Numbered from the stretch's first letter, positions 9,756-20,037 are shown. The stretch is DNA of 64,000 nt from Pseudomonadota bacterium (GCA_043825735.1 JBDRRP010000027.1:62001-126000); one strand, 5' to 3'. Made by a program: numbers and translations. Notes: generated from the sequence alone by a model not told the origin.

Positions 9756-9959
9756 TATAAGCACGATGCCGCCGTGCAGCTGGAGCGGGCAGTGGCCGCG
9801 CTGGCCTACGTGGCCAACGAGTGCACCGAAGACCTGGACCAGTATTGCAGCGGCGTGGCCATGGGTCAGGGGCGCCTCGCAAAATGTCTGGAACAAAACG
9901 AGAAGAAAGTCAGCCAGCGCTGCAAGCAGGCGTTGAAAGACGTTGGCATGAAAAAATAG
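9756..9959 (+). pseudogene. Probable 5'-truncated cysteine-rich-repeat (GLG1/Cys_rich_FGFR-like) protein fragment
   Basis: ECxEDLDQYC...GQGRLAKCL...VSQRCK single repeat; in-frame TAG at 9753-9755; no signal peptide or clear RBS. Confidence 0.5.
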
Positions 9960-10172
9960 CGGCACCGAAAAACCGGAGAACGCTTATTCGGCTGTGAAAT
10001 ATAAAGAACATTGGTTCTGGGGCGATGACCGCGATTTCAAGTCAAAGCGGGCGTTTGCCTTTCTGATGACCCTTTTTTCGCTGACTGAATCCGGCGGCCA
10101 AAAGGATCTTCCGCTGGTTACGATCCCGGCTGGATAGCGGTTGATGTCATCCGGTGATCCAGCCTTTTGAAA

Positions 10173-10928
10173 TTATTTCAATCGAAAGGAAACCGGGATC
10201 CTGACCCACGTGTCTATGGGGCGCCCTCCCATGCTTTCTGGCTCAAATAGCCAGCGCCGAACAGATGCCACGGCCGCCGCGTCCAACACGGCATGCCCGC
10301 TGGATTCATCGATGCCGATGTCGTCGACACGTCCGTTGCGGGCGACGCGCACGCTCAGGACGACGGTCCCTTGGAGTCGGCGCCGGCGTGCCAGGAGTGG
10401 ATACGCAGGGGGTTCGTTTTTAAGATACAGCGGCGCGGCTTCGCGTAGCGGCGGTTTCGTGTTCTGCTGTACCGGAATAGTCGTATATGCAGCGACCGTC
10501 TCTTCCGGCAACGCCAGGGTTCTGCTTTCGCTGCTCCCGGCGTCAGTGGTCTCATCGTGAGTGGCCATCGCTTCACGGTCCAACGGAACCGGCGGCGCAT
10601 CGGAAATGCCCCCCGCTTTCTGTTTTTCCACGAGCGCCATTTGCGCCGGCGGCCGACTTACGGACCGCGCAGACTTTGGTGGCGCAGGCAGCGATGTAGC
10701 ATTCTTTCGGAGCGGAGCCGGCAGCACCACGCTTTTTGGCACTGGGACTGTCTGGAGCGGCAGACCCACTGAAGGCGTTTCAGCGGGGCGCACCGCCAAA
10801 GAAAGCGCCATGGGCTGGAGGGCACGGTGAGTCGCCGGGCAGGAACCGCGCCCATGGATGTCCACCATCAGCAGCAGGCCGTGGCAGCCGATGGCCAGCA
10901 CCCCTGCCCAAAACAGCCGCAGGCTCAT
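10173..10928 (-). CDS. tonB: Energy transducer TonB
   Basis: N-terminal TM with His, Pro-rich linker, YPLLARRRRLQGTV and SSGHAVLDAAA C-domain. Confidence 0.9.
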   Translation of the reverse strand: MSLRLFWAGVLAIGCHGLLLMVDIHGRGSCPATHRALQPMALSLAVRPAETPSVGLPLQTVPVPKSVVLPAPLRKNATSLPAPPKSARSVSRPPAQMALVEKQKAGGISDAPPVPLDREAMATHDETTDAGSSESRTLALPEETVAAYTTIPVQQNTKPPLREAAPLYLKNEPPAYPLLARRRRLQGTVVLSVRVARNGRVDDIGIDESSGHAVLDAAAVASVRRWLFEPESMGGRPIDTWVRIPVSFRLK

Positions 10929-11332
10929 TTTTCAATCATCTCGGCCTGAAGGGAGACCCGGGCAAATCCGGCATGCCTTACGGCGTCCAGCACGTTAAAC
11001 AGCTGCTGGTAGGATGTGTTTCGATCGCCGAACAAGACAATTCCCGTATCGAGACGGCCGGCGCTCAATGCCGTGAGCGTATCGCCCAGTGTTTCGATTG
11101 TTGCCGGTGACTTGTTGGCATGAATGCTGCCATCGGCGGCGATGGTCACCGCCATGTCCGGTCGTTTCTCGATGACTACCGCGCTGGACTGTGGCAGCAG
11201 CACCGGCAGTCCCCGGTGCACCGCCATGGAAAGCATGGCGTAAATGAAAAACACCAGCAGAAGAAATACGATGTCGATGAGCGGGAGTATTTCGATTCTC
11301 GCTTTGGGCAAAGCCAGGTCTCGCAGCTTCAT
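10925..11332 (-). CDS. exbD: Biopolymer transport protein ExbD
   Basis: PLIDIVFLLLVFF TM motif. Confidence 0.92.
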   Translation of the reverse strand: MKLRDLALPKARIEILPLIDIVFLLLVFFIYAMLSMAVHRGLPVLLPQSSAVVIEKRPDMAVTIAADGSIHANKSPATIETLGDTLTALSAGRLDTGIVLFGDRNTSYQQLFNVLDAVRHAGFARVSLQAEMIEK

Positions 11333-11994
11333 TTGTCACCTCCGGTACCGGAGATGCTGCCGCTCGCCAGCTTCTCGTAGACGATCTCGAGACTTGTGGC
11401 ATATTTCTCGATGTTCTGCGCGGCCGCTGCCACTCGGGAATTGAAATAGTTATAGGGGAAAACGGTGAGGATGGCGATGCCCAGACCGGCAGCCGTCGTG
11501 ATGAGCGCCTGGGCGATGCCGGCGGTGACCGCCTCGGGGTGCTCGATACCGGCGGTGCCCAGAAGATCGAAGGAGGTGATGATGCCGATGACGGTGCCGA
11601 AGATGCCCAGCAACGGCGCGACGGTAATCATGGTGTCCAGGACCGACATGTATCGGCGCATCTCCCTGACTTTCTCGGCAGCCGCCGATTCCATGGCTTT
11701 TGCCATGGAAAACTCCCGGTGGAGAATTCCGCTGACGAGAATGGGAACGATGTAGTCCCCGGAGCCCCGGGCAGTAAGGCGGACCGACTCCCAGTCGCCG
11801 ACCTGGCTGAGCGCAAGGACGTCTGTGACGAGCCGCCGATCCTGGCCCCGGTCAAGCCGAAGCCAGAATATCGCCCGCTCGAAGACCACCGTCAATACCG
11901 TCACCGAACACAGCAACAGCGGGATCATGACCGGACCGCCACTCAAAAACAATTGAACCCATGCATTGCCGGAAAAGTCCATCGTCATTACCAC
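11329..11994 (-). CDS. exbB: MotA/TolQ/ExbB proton channel (start uncertain)
   Basis: APLLGIFGTVIGII and GIAQALITTAAGL motifs. Confidence 0.92.
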   Translation of the reverse strand: MVMTMDFSGNAWVQLFLSGGPVMIPLLLCSVTVLTVVFERAIFWLRLDRGQDRRLVTDVLALSQVGDWESVRLTARGSGDYIVPILVSGILHREFSMAKAMESAAAEKVREMRRYMSVLDTMITVAPLLGIFGTVIGIITSFDLLGTAGIEHPEAVTAGIAQALITTAAGLGIAILTVFPYNYFNSRVAAAAQNIEKYATSLEIVYEKLASGSISGTGGDK

Positions 11995-12089
11995 TTTTGT
12001 AAATGAATGATGCGTCTTTGTTCACTGCGCCGTGTTGCCGGATGGCGCCTTGCTGCGGAAGCATTGAAAACCGTCAGGACAGCACGGCC

Positions 12090-14111
12090 TCAATCAGCGG
12101 CGCTGGCGCCATTGAGCAGGGCATTGATCGCCATTTCGAGAACCCGTGGCAAATCACCTTCCAGGAAATCGTGATACGGCTCGATTTTTTTGCCGGCATT
12201 GGCCTCGGCGATTTGCCGGCACCATGCCCGGAAGGCGGACAAGTTGAAATCCCGTTTACTTTCCCGAGCGTCGCTGATGGCCAGCGAGGCTTCCATGAAC
12301 CCCGCATTGTCCGGCGCGAGCAAGGCCCGCTCCAGCATCACGGCCATTTCCGTGCGCGAACGGCTCACGCCTTTCGGAATCACATAGGGCAAGCCCATCG
12401 GATCGATGCGGCGCTCCGCCAGGCGGTGAAAAATACTGCGGCCGGCGGTCATTTGATTCTGGCGCGCCACCGCCTCAATCACACCGGCGTATACGGCATC
12501 GGCCATCAGCTCACCCATTTTGGAGTGTCCCCCGGTGGTGTCGATGGGGACACCGCCACCGCCCACGACGATGATGTTGTCCGTCCCGGTGCCGGTGGCA
12601 CCGTAGTGCTGCGGCCGATAGCTGCTGCGAATGTCCAGATCGGCCAGAGCGGCCGTCTTTGCTTCGGTCACCGTGATGAGGGCGCGGGTCATGGCCCGGT
12701 CGCTGAGCGCCGTGTTCGTCAGCAAGATCACGTTGATGGTGCCGGGTTCATAATAGGTACCGGCATCCTTGCTCATCCGCATCGCGTTGCCGCGCACCCC
12801 GGCCGTCACCAGCGCCGCCGCCGTCAGCGCACGATAGCTGCGGTGCTGGATGGAAACGTTATCCACATCCGCGCCCGTGAACAAAAACGCGGTTTCAGAT
12901 CGGTTCAGACCCATGGTGCGATACACGGTATCCCTCAAGGTATCCAGATCAGCAGAACCATCGAGGTGCCAAGTCGGCGGCGGCAGGTAGTGGTTGCCCA
13001 CCGTGCGGATCCCGCTGCGAAATCCTTCCAGGGTTGAGACCACGCGCATGGGTCGGTCAAAGTCCAATACGATGCTCTTGTTGATGAAATCATGAATCCG
13101 GCTGGTGACAATCCGGGCATCGGCCACGCAGGGGATGTCAACGCGCACCGGCGATCGATCGCCGACCGCATCCGGATAAATCTGGCTGGCCGGATCGGAA
13201 AAGGCATCCGCATACAGCAGCGCGGACAGCCAGGAAACAAAATCGCCGGTGTGGGTCGACGCGCGGCAGGTCAATTCACAGGGGAAAAAATGGGACCGGT
13301 GGTTCTTGACGGCGTCCACGTTTTCCCATCCCGGCCGGTTCAAAAGCGTTTCGGCGCTCTCGCGATCTTCCCCGCAGCCATAAGTGAATTGCGGGTTGAA
13401 TGCGATCCAGGCCTCTTTTGAAACCACGACGACGTCTCCGGTTTTCTTCAGCACCGGAGGTATGCCGCCCGCCGCCCGGATCATCTCTACCTGAAACGCG
13501 TCGTCTCCGGGTGACATGACCCGGTCCCGTCCCATCAGACGGATAACCCGCACCCTTTCGCTCTGGGGGATGCGATCCGTCTTTTGGCGGATCAGCTGCA
13601 GTTGCGAGCGGATCTGCGCAACAAGCTGTTGGGCCTTTTCGGATTGCGCGAGGATATCGCCAAGCAGACGGATATTTCGAAAACTGTCTTCGATGGACCT
13701 GGTTTCCAGATTGATCCACTGCGGCTGGCCGGCGCCCTGGAGCGGGGCCACGACAGACTGCTGGATCGTTGAATAAAAGACGACATCCGCCGTCAACGCT
13801 TCGATGGCGCCGACACTCGGTGCAAGGAATCCGCCGACCGGTTTGACACCCTCGGCGCCGGCCGGCAGCGTGCTGTGATAGGTGCTGCCGACAAGGGCAT
13901 CTCCGGCCCCGATGGCAAACAGGATTTCCGTAATCGCTGGAACCAGAGATACCACCCGGTGCGGCGGCGCGGCAAGAACGATGGCTGCGCCGGCATCATC
14001 GACGAATTCAACCGGACGGCGGCCGGCGTGGACGGTGGCGGCCGCCATGACAGCGGCCACAAGGACGGCGGCCGACATGCAGCGGTAAAAACAGACCCGA
14101 ACCAATGACAC
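12090..14111 (-). CDS. cbiZ: Fusion of a BtuF-like periplasmic binding protein and adenosylcobinamide amidohydrolase CbiZ
   Basis: Signal peptide; RVVSLVPAITEILFAIG (class III SBP); C-terminal half with VTAGVRGNA, PGTIN, TEAKTAAL and ATGTGTD CbiZ motifs; located in a B12-riboswitch operon. Confidence 0.82.
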   Translation of the reverse strand: MSLVRVCFYRCMSAAVLVAAVMAAATVHAGRRPVEFVDDAGAAIVLAAPPHRVVSLVPAITEILFAIGAGDALVGSTYHSTLPAGAEGVKPVGGFLAPSVGAIEALTADVVFYSTIQQSVVAPLQGAGQPQWINLETRSIEDSFRNIRLLGDILAQSEKAQQLVAQIRSQLQLIRQKTDRIPQSERVRVIRLMGRDRVMSPGDDAFQVEMIRAAGGIPPVLKKTGDVVVVSKEAWIAFNPQFTYGCGEDRESAETLLNRPGWENVDAVKNHRSHFFPCELTCRASTHTGDFVSWLSALLYADAFSDPASQIYPDAVGDRSPVRVDIPCVADARIVTSRIHDFINKSIVLDFDRPMRVVSTLEGFRSGIRTVGNHYLPPPTWHLDGSADLDTLRDTVYRTMGLNRSETAFLFTGADVDNVSIQHRSYRALTAAALVTAGVRGNAMRMSKDAGTYYEPGTINVILLTNTALSDRAMTRALITVTEAKTAALADLDIRSSYRPQHYGATGTGTDNIIVVGGGGVPIDTTGGHSKMGELMADAVYAGVIEAVARQNQMTAGRSIFHRLAERRIDPMGLPYVIPKGVSRSRTEMAVMLERALLAPDNAGFMEASLAISDARESKRDFNLSAFRAWCRQIAEANAGKKIEPYHDFLEGDLPRVLEMAINALLNGASAAD

Positions 14112-14135
14112 GGCATGCTCCTCGATAAACGGTTA

Positions 14136-16187
14136 TCAGTAATCGTAGCTCACGCTGGCGAAAAAAGACTGGCCGGCCCCTGGATACGGACACCGCGTGG
14201 AAGCAAATGTGGTCTGATCGTAGAATACGGCGTTGTAAGTGTCGTATCCCTTATCGAAGAGATTCAGTGCTTCCACCGACACGGTCCAGTTCGTGAACAG
14301 CCGCTGATCCAGCTTCAAATCGAGGGTCCAGTATTCGGGGTGGGTATAGTCCGCCGACGTGCTCGTGTCTTTGGCGTAGTGGCCGGAGCGGTCGTCAACG
14401 AAGCGGGCCGCTGCGTTAATGGTGAGATCGAAATCGGTCCAGTGTGTGAGCGTCCCCTTGAACAGCTGCTCCGGCGAATAAAGCGCGCGCCGGCGCACAC
14501 CGCCGCGGATCTCCTCTTCAGCATCGAGATAGGTGTAGTCCAGAGACAACTGGGTATTCATAAAGGGTCCGATCCGGACGCCGGCCTCGACACCCTTGCC
14601 GTAATACTGATCCAAATTCTGCGGCGTATAGTAAAAAACGCCCGGAAAAACCGTGGCCGCAGTGGTGTCTTCCGCCCACCGGATCTTATCGGCAATGTTC
14701 CAGTCGAAACCAGACACCGTCAGAAACAACATGTCCTTGAAAAGACTCTGCTCCAGGGAAATGTCCGTATGCCGGCCGGTTTCGGGTTTCAGGGAAACAT
14801 TGCCCCGGGTAAATCCGTCATCAGGCCAGAAAAGGTCATTGATGGTCGGTGCCCTGAAATGGGTGCCGGTGTTGAATTTGAGCACGGTGCTCTCGCTGAT
14901 GTTTCCGATCAGCCCTAACCGGTAGACGGTTTCGGATCCGAACCGGGAGTGCTTTTCATACCGAAACCCGCCGGTGGCCTTGAAAAATGCACAGGAACGG
15001 TACTGCAACTCGGCATAACTGCCGGTGGTGTATACATCGGCCCGGGTCGTCGCGCGGGTGCCGGGCATCGCCGTCCCGCCGGCGTCCAGCGTCGACTGCT
15101 CGTTTTCGTAGTCGAAGTCCTTGTAATCGGAGCCGACCAGCACGCTGGCCCCCTCGAAGAGCTGAATATCGAGAGTTCCTTCCGCTGCAAGCACCTTATT
15201 GCGGGTTTCCGATGCCGTGCCGGTAAGGCCCAGGAACACGTAACGATTGACATTTCGGTTTCGGGCATCAGTTAGATCGCCGCGCAGATGCACCTTGAGC
15301 CAGTCACCGGACCGACTGTCCGCCGTCACCACCGCATGCATATCCCTGTCGCCGCCGTTATTGAGCAAACTGGCGGAATCGGCGCTGTAAACCGGTACCC
15401 CGCCGGAGGCATAGGGCTGGGTCCCATCGGGCGGCTTGACGCCGGGAAGCCCGAAGCCCCGGTCGACGTAGTCCGCATAGACGCTGAGATCCAGCAGCGG
15501 GCCCTTTTCCAGTACCAGTTTTCCAGAAACATCATTCTGGGTGAAATCGCTGTTGTCCCGGAATCCGTCCGATTTGTTGTGATTGGCCGTGAGATAATAG
15601 CCCAGGTCTCCGACGGCGAACATACCGTTTTCCGCGGAAACCCGGTAGGTGCCCTGGCTGCCGGTGCCGGCTGCAAGTTTTAAATCGGTCTTCTCGCGTG
15701 TGGGGCGCTTGGTGGTAATGTTGACCACACCGCCCATGGCACCCGACCCGTAGAGCAGCGAACCGGCGCCTTCGACGATTTCGATGCGCGCGATGGCGTT
15801 CAACGGAATCCGGGCGACATCGGCAGTCCCCAGGGAGGGTGAATTGACATTGACGCCGTTGACAAACACCTGGGTGCCCGCGCTGCTGACGCCCCGGATT
15901 TGGATTTCCTGGGCAGCGCCGCCGTAATTGCCGTAGGAGCGAAGATCCAGTCCCAGTTCGTTGCCTAAAAATTCCCCAAGGGTCTTGGCCGGCGATGCGT
16001 CAATATCTTCGCTGGTTTTGACAATGACCTGGCTGGCCACATCCTTTCGCCTCTCGTCCGTCTTCGTTGCCGACACCACGACTTCATCCATGGTGTAAAC
16101 GTGCCCGGCATCGCGGGGCTCCGCCCCCAGTGCCGCACCCGGAAGCACCAGTACCGCCGCGATGACCCATTTGAATCCCCGCTTCAT
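14136..16187 (-). CDS. btuB: TonB-dependent cobalamin receptor
   Basis: Signal peptide, DEVVVSA TonB box, IQIRG and RIEIVEGAGSLLYGSGAMGGVVNI plug, aromatic C-terminus; first gene after a cobalamin riboswitch. Confidence 0.9.
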   Translation of the reverse strand: MKRGFKWVIAAVLVLPGAALGAEPRDAGHVYTMDEVVVSATKTDERRKDVASQVIVKTSEDIDASPAKTLGEFLGNELGLDLRSYGNYGGAAQEIQIRGVSSAGTQVFVNGVNVNSPSLGTADVARIPLNAIARIEIVEGAGSLLYGSGAMGGVVNITTKRPTREKTDLKLAAGTGSQGTYRVSAENGMFAVGDLGYYLTANHNKSDGFRDNSDFTQNDVSGKLVLEKGPLLDLSVYADYVDRGFGLPGVKPPDGTQPYASGGVPVYSADSASLLNNGGDRDMHAVVTADSRSGDWLKVHLRGDLTDARNRNVNRYVFLGLTGTASETRNKVLAAEGTLDIQLFEGASVLVGSDYKDFDYENEQSTLDAGGTAMPGTRATTRADVYTTGSYAELQYRSCAFFKATGGFRYEKHSRFGSETVYRLGLIGNISESTVLKFNTGTHFRAPTINDLFWPDDGFTRGNVSLKPETGRHTDISLEQSLFKDMLFLTVSGFDWNIADKIRWAEDTTAATVFPGVFYYTPQNLDQYYGKGVEAGVRIGPFMNTQLSLDYTYLDAEEEIRGGVRRRALYSPEQLFKGTLTHWTDFDLTINAAARFVDDRSGHYAKDTSTSADYTHPEYWTLDLKLDQRLFTNWTVSVEALNLFDKGYDTYNAVFYDQTTFASTRCPYPGAGQSFFASVSYDY

Positions 16188-16225
16188 CGTTTTTTGCCCT
16201 CCGTCACAAAACGTGTTGCCGGGGC

Positions 16226-16264
16226 AAAAAAAAACCCCGGATCGAAAAAATTTCGATCAGGGGA
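16226..16264 (-). terminator. Riboswitch expression-platform terminator upstream of btuB
   Basis: CCCCTGATCGAAA...TTTCGATCCGGGG hairpin followed by a long U tract on the minus strand. Confidence 0.7.
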
Positions 16265-16330
16265 TCTCCCGATTTCATCCGCTGGATCTAGGGGGCCGCT
16301 TCTGTCCACGATGCGTTAATGCCCCATTGC

Positions 16331-16506
16331 CCAGGCAGGTCTTCTGACTTCCCCGCCCTTTCAGCGGCCTTCCCATCCGCCGGCGGCGGACAGTGGCTCA
16401 CGGAGGCTGAAAGGGTGTCCTCTTTCAAGGACCGGGGTCACAGCGGCGGGCCCGTTTCCGGTTTTCACGGAATTCCCTATTAAGCGGTAGTAATTCGCGC
16501 CTGAGC
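16331..16506 (-). ncRNA. Cobalamin (AdoCbl) riboswitch
   Basis: Minus strand: AATAGGGAA..CCGTGAAAACCGG..CGGGCCCGCCGCTGTGA...GCCACTG...GGGAAGGC...AGTCAGAAGACCTGCC (B12 box). Confidence 0.93.
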
Positions 16507-16670
16507 AATTATGTGCCTATTCATATGTCAGCGATCTTGATCCGCGTCAAGGAGAAAATAATCATACCAAACTGGAAGTATTCCCGGGGAAAATTGATAC
16601 GCTCATCAAGAAATCTCGAGGTGACATTGTCCGGGCGAATGGACGGTTCAGCACGAATAACACGAAGACA

Positions 16671-16725
16671 ACATACAACCGTGGGCTGCTAATATCTTCG
16701 TGTGCTTCGTGAACTTCGTGGTGAT
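16671..16725. repeat. Intergenic palindromic repeat (CACGAAG-unit family)
   Basis: CACGAATAACACGAAGA ... TCTTCGTGTGCTTCGTGAACTTCGTGGT. Confidence 0.7.
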
Positions 16726-16835
16726 CACAACAAGCAGATGGGGCAGAGTCCGTTGAAATGAGGATGGCGTTTTTTAAAGAAGCAAAATAAGTATCTGGTT
16801 ATCCACTATTCTCCAGTTGGTGTTTCGGCTGTTTC

Positions 16836-16930
16836 GTAGGGGAGGGGTTTATCCCCTCCCGCAATCATCACAGATGACCCCAACCATTCGTGTTTACCGA
16901 TCACGGGCGGGGATAAACCCCGCTCCCTAC
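16836..16930. repeat. Inverted pair of GTAG-type REP sequences (REPIN-like)
   Basis: GTAGGGGAGGGGTTTATCCCCTCCCG ... CGGGCGGGGATAAACCCCGCTCCCTAC. Confidence 0.75.
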
Positions 16931-17054
16931 ACGACTGAGCGGTCTCATGAGCCCATATGAAATGCCGTGATGGGCGCTTCGTTACAATGACTTATTTCAT
17001 ATGTCCAACCTGCGCCGGCCCATTCACTGGAGAATAGTACATAAGCAGGAAAAA

Positions 17055-17858
17055 TTATTCTCTCCAGGGCAGCCGTTTGCCCGGAACCGGAGAAATTCGC
17101 GGGGTCGCCGTCAGCGGGTGGCGGTCGATGTGAATACGGCAGGAATAGGTTTCCTGAAGAATATCTTTTTTGAGGACGGTCTCCGGATCCCCGGCAGCCA
17201 TCACCTTCCCGCGGCTGAGCAGCACCATCTCGTCGGCATACATGGCCGCCAGATTGATATCGTGAGAAACCATCACCACGGTGAGACCGTTTGTTTCGGC
17301 CAGCTCGGCCATGATGTCCATGATCCGCACCTGATGGGCCAGATCGAGTGCGGCCGTGGGTTCGTCCAGCAGCAGAATCTTCGGCTGCTGGCAAAGCGCC
17401 CGGGCGATAAACACCCGCTGGCGCTCACCGCCGCTCAACTCCCCGATGCGCCGGTCGGCCAGTTGCGCCACACCGGCCGCGGCCATGGCCTCGCGGGCAA
17501 TATCGGTATCGGCGCCACCTTCGATACCGAGGATGCCGGTGTGCGGCGCCCGCCCCATGAGCACCACGTCCTTGACGCTGAAGGGAAAATCCTCTGAAAC
17601 CAGTTGGGGGACGATGGCGAGCGTGCGCGCCAGCTCTCTGCGGGGGTAGGCCGTGATATCGCGCCCCAGGAGGGTGACGGCACCGCGGGCGGCCGGCGCG
17701 AGTCCGGCCATCAACTTGAGAAGTGTCGTTTTGCCGCTGCCGTTGGGACCGATGATGATTGTCAGTCGCCCCTGCGCTACGGAAAAAGACAGATCGTTGA
17801 TCACCGTCACCGGCCCGTAGGCATAGTTCAGATGCGTGAGTTCAACGGCCGGTGCCAT
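17055..17858 (-). CDS. btuD: Cobalamin ABC transporter ATP-binding protein
   Basis: GPNGSGKT, LSGGERQ, LLLDEPT, SHD motifs; B12-riboswitch operon. Confidence 0.88.
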   Translation of the reverse strand: MAPAVELTHLNYAYGPVTVINDLSFSVAQGRLTIIIGPNGSGKTTLLKLMAGLAPAARGAVTLLGRDITAYPRRELARTLAIVPQLVSEDFPFSVKDVVLMGRAPHTGILGIEGGADTDIAREAMAAAGVAQLADRRIGELSGGERQRVFIARALCQQPKILLLDEPTAALDLAHQVRIMDIMAELAETNGLTVVMVSHDINLAAMYADEMVLLSRGKVMAAGDPETVLKKDILQETYSCRIHIDRHPLTATPRISPVPGKRLPWRE

Positions 17859-18873
17859 CGCCCCCCTTTCCGGCGGCACGCCTGAGCAGATAGATAAACA
17901 CCGGCGCACCGATCATGGCGGTGACCACTCCCACGGGCATTTCCCCCTGCCGGGGCAGGGTCCGGGCCAGGAGGTCGCAAACCACCATGAAAGCGCCCCC
18001 GCCAAGAAGGCATGCCGGCACCAGCACCCGGTGGTCGGCGCCCAGCATCATGCGCAGCAGGTGCGGGATCACCAGGCCCACGAACCCAAGGAGACCGCAA
18101 CGAGAAACCGTCACGCTGACCATCAGTGACGTGGTGATCAGCAGGGTGAGCGTGACCCGGCGAATGTTGACACCCATGCTCATGGCCGCCTCACGGCCCA
18201 TTAGCAGCAGGTTCATGGTGTGGGAAAAGCCAAAAAGAATCAGGAAGCAAGGGCCTAAGATCAGGGCCAATCCGCCGACCTGGGAGAGGTCCACATTGGA
18301 CAGATTGCCCATTAGCCAGAACATAATGTTGTGCAGCCGGGAGTCCGTGGTGAGTGACACCAGGAACATGATCAGCGCCGAGCAAAACGCGTTGATCATC
18401 ACCCCGGCCAGCAGCAGCGTATTTTTCTGCACGGCGCGCCCTCCGACCATGAACAGCACCACAGCGAGCGTGGCCATACTGCCGGCAAAGGCCAGCGCAC
18501 CGATGGCCGAGGGATGGGTGAGCCCGATGAGAATCCCCAAGATGGCGCCCACCGCTGATCCACCGGAAACACCGAGGATGTAGGGCTCCGCCAGCGGGTT
18601 TCTCAGCAGCGCCTGAAACACCAGGCCGCCAAGGGACAGAGCCGCCCCCACCAAAGCGGCGAGCAGCACCCTCGGCAGCCGGATTTCCCACACGATGGTG
18701 ACCTGGGTGGGGTCCACCGCCCCGGCGCCGAGCCACGGGGCCGCCAGCGCCTTGAAACCGGCACCGGAAGCGCCCAGGGCGAGGGCCAGGCAGCAGACGA
18801 CGGCCAGAAGACCGGCCAACGCCAGAGACACGACGGCCATCCGCCGAATCACCGGGTTCGATGCCCGGGTCAC
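17842..18873 (-). CDS. btuC: Cobalamin ABC transporter permease (FecCD family)
   Basis: IRLPRV, RNPLAEPYILGVSGG, GFVGLVIPH motifs; GTG start overlapping the btuF stop. Confidence 0.88.
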   Translation of the reverse strand: MTRASNPVIRRMAVVSLALAGLLAVVCCLALALGASGAGFKALAAPWLGAGAVDPTQVTIVWEIRLPRVLLAALVGAALSLGGLVFQALLRNPLAEPYILGVSGGSAVGAILGILIGLTHPSAIGALAFAGSMATLAVVLFMVGGRAVQKNTLLLAGVMINAFCSALIMFLVSLTTDSRLHNIMFWLMGNLSNVDLSQVGGLALILGPCFLILFGFSHTMNLLLMGREAAMSMGVNIRRVTLTLLITTSLMVSVTVSRCGLLGFVGLVIPHLLRMMLGADHRVLVPACLLGGGAFMVVCDLLARTLPRQGEMPVGVVTAMIGAPVFIYLLRRAAGKGGDGTGR

Positions 18874-19775
18874 GGTTTCACCGCCCGATCCGCCGCGTGG
18901 ATGATGTCCGCCAGCCGTTCCAGTCCGTCGACGAGCCGCGGCGAGGCCCGGTCGAGCAAATTGGAATCCACCAGCACGATGCCTCCCGTGCGGGCCGCCG
19001 GCATGTTCTTCCAGCGCAGCCAATCGCGGCGAATCTCCTCAAAAGCCCCCTCCCGCGCCATGGAGGTGATGATGATCAGATCGGGCGCCATGGCAATGAC
19101 TTCCTCCTGGCTGAAGCGCGGATAGGGCACCGGTCCGGCGGAAAGATTGACCCCGCCGGCCAGCATGATCAGCTCGTGAATAAAAGTGTCCGTCCCCACG
19201 CTGACGATGGGTGACAGACCGATCTGGAAGAATACCCCGGGCGGGCGGCCCAGGCGGCCTCGTCGATGCACCACGGCCTGGATCCGTTTTTCCAGATCGG
19301 CGACAATGGTATCGGCGGCGTCTTGGACATCCAGCAAGCCGCCCAGGGCCGAGATGGTTTCCAGCACGGCGCTCAGGTCCCTTGGATCCAGCGCGAACAC
19401 AGGAATCCCGAGCGATTCCAGACGGGCCACCACCGCCTTGGGGTTGCCGTCCTTTACCGCGATGCACAGGTCGGGCCGCAGTGAAACGATCCGTTCCAGA
19501 TCCAGCTGCACGTACGAGCCGACTTTCGGAAGGGCCTGCGCCGCAGCGGGATAATCACTGAATCGGGTGACACCGCAAAGGCGATGGCCCTGCCCCAGGG
19601 CGAAAACCACCTCGGTGACGCTGGGGGCCAATGAAACGATGCGCCGCGGCATTTCAGGAATCCGCACCCGGAGTCCCAGCATATCGGTCACCATCCGCCC
19701 CGGCGCGGCGGCGATGGCAACGCCGCCCGCAGCGGTAATAATAACAACGGAAAGCGCGATGATGAGACAACGCAC
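18870..19775 (-). CDS. btuF: Cobalamin-binding periplasmic protein
   Basis: RRIVSLAPSVTEVVFALG, ERIVSLRPDL and R.SPRL motifs; AAGGAGG RBS before GTG. Confidence 0.88.
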   Translation of the reverse strand: MRCLIIALSVVIITAAGGVAIAAAPGRMVTDMLGLRVRIPEMPRRIVSLAPSVTEVVFALGQGHRLCGVTRFSDYPAAAQALPKVGSYVQLDLERIVSLRPDLCIAVKDGNPKAVVARLESLGIPVFALDPRDLSAVLETISALGGLLDVQDAADTIVADLEKRIQAVVHRRGRLGRPPGVFFQIGLSPIVSVGTDTFIHELIMLAGGVNLSAGPVPYPRFSQEEVIAMAPDLIIITSMAREGAFEEIRRDWLRWKNMPAARTGGIVLVDSNLLDRASPRLVDGLERLADIIHAADRAVKP

Positions 19776-19880
19776 GCGAAGGCCCTCCTTGGCACATAAA
19801 AACGCCACCTGCGACAGGGGATCGCCTATGGAGACCTGCCGGTTACGGGACAGGCTGCCTGGTGCCACGAAAACCCCGGA

Positions 19881-19959
19881 CGGGGGTAAACCCCGTGCCC
19901 TACGAAAACCGCAGCCATCGCCGGTCTGAAAAGTAGGGCGAGGGGTTTATCCCCTCCCG
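19881..19959. repeat. Pair of GTAG-type REP sequences in the btuF leader
   Basis: CGGGGGTAAACCCCGTGCCCTAC and GTAGGGCGAGGGGTTTATCCCCTCCCG. Confidence 0.7.
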
Positions 19960-19998
19960 CGGCGCCGCGCACCGGGCAGGCTGTCTGGTGCCGCTTTG

Positions 19999-20037
19999 AA
20001 ACAAAAAATCCCGGGTCGAATCTTTATCGACCCGGGA
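19999..20037 (-). terminator. Riboswitch expression-platform terminator upstream of btuF
   Basis: TCCCGGGTCGA...TCGACCCGGGA hairpin followed by TTTTTTGTTT on the minus strand. Confidence 0.75.
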
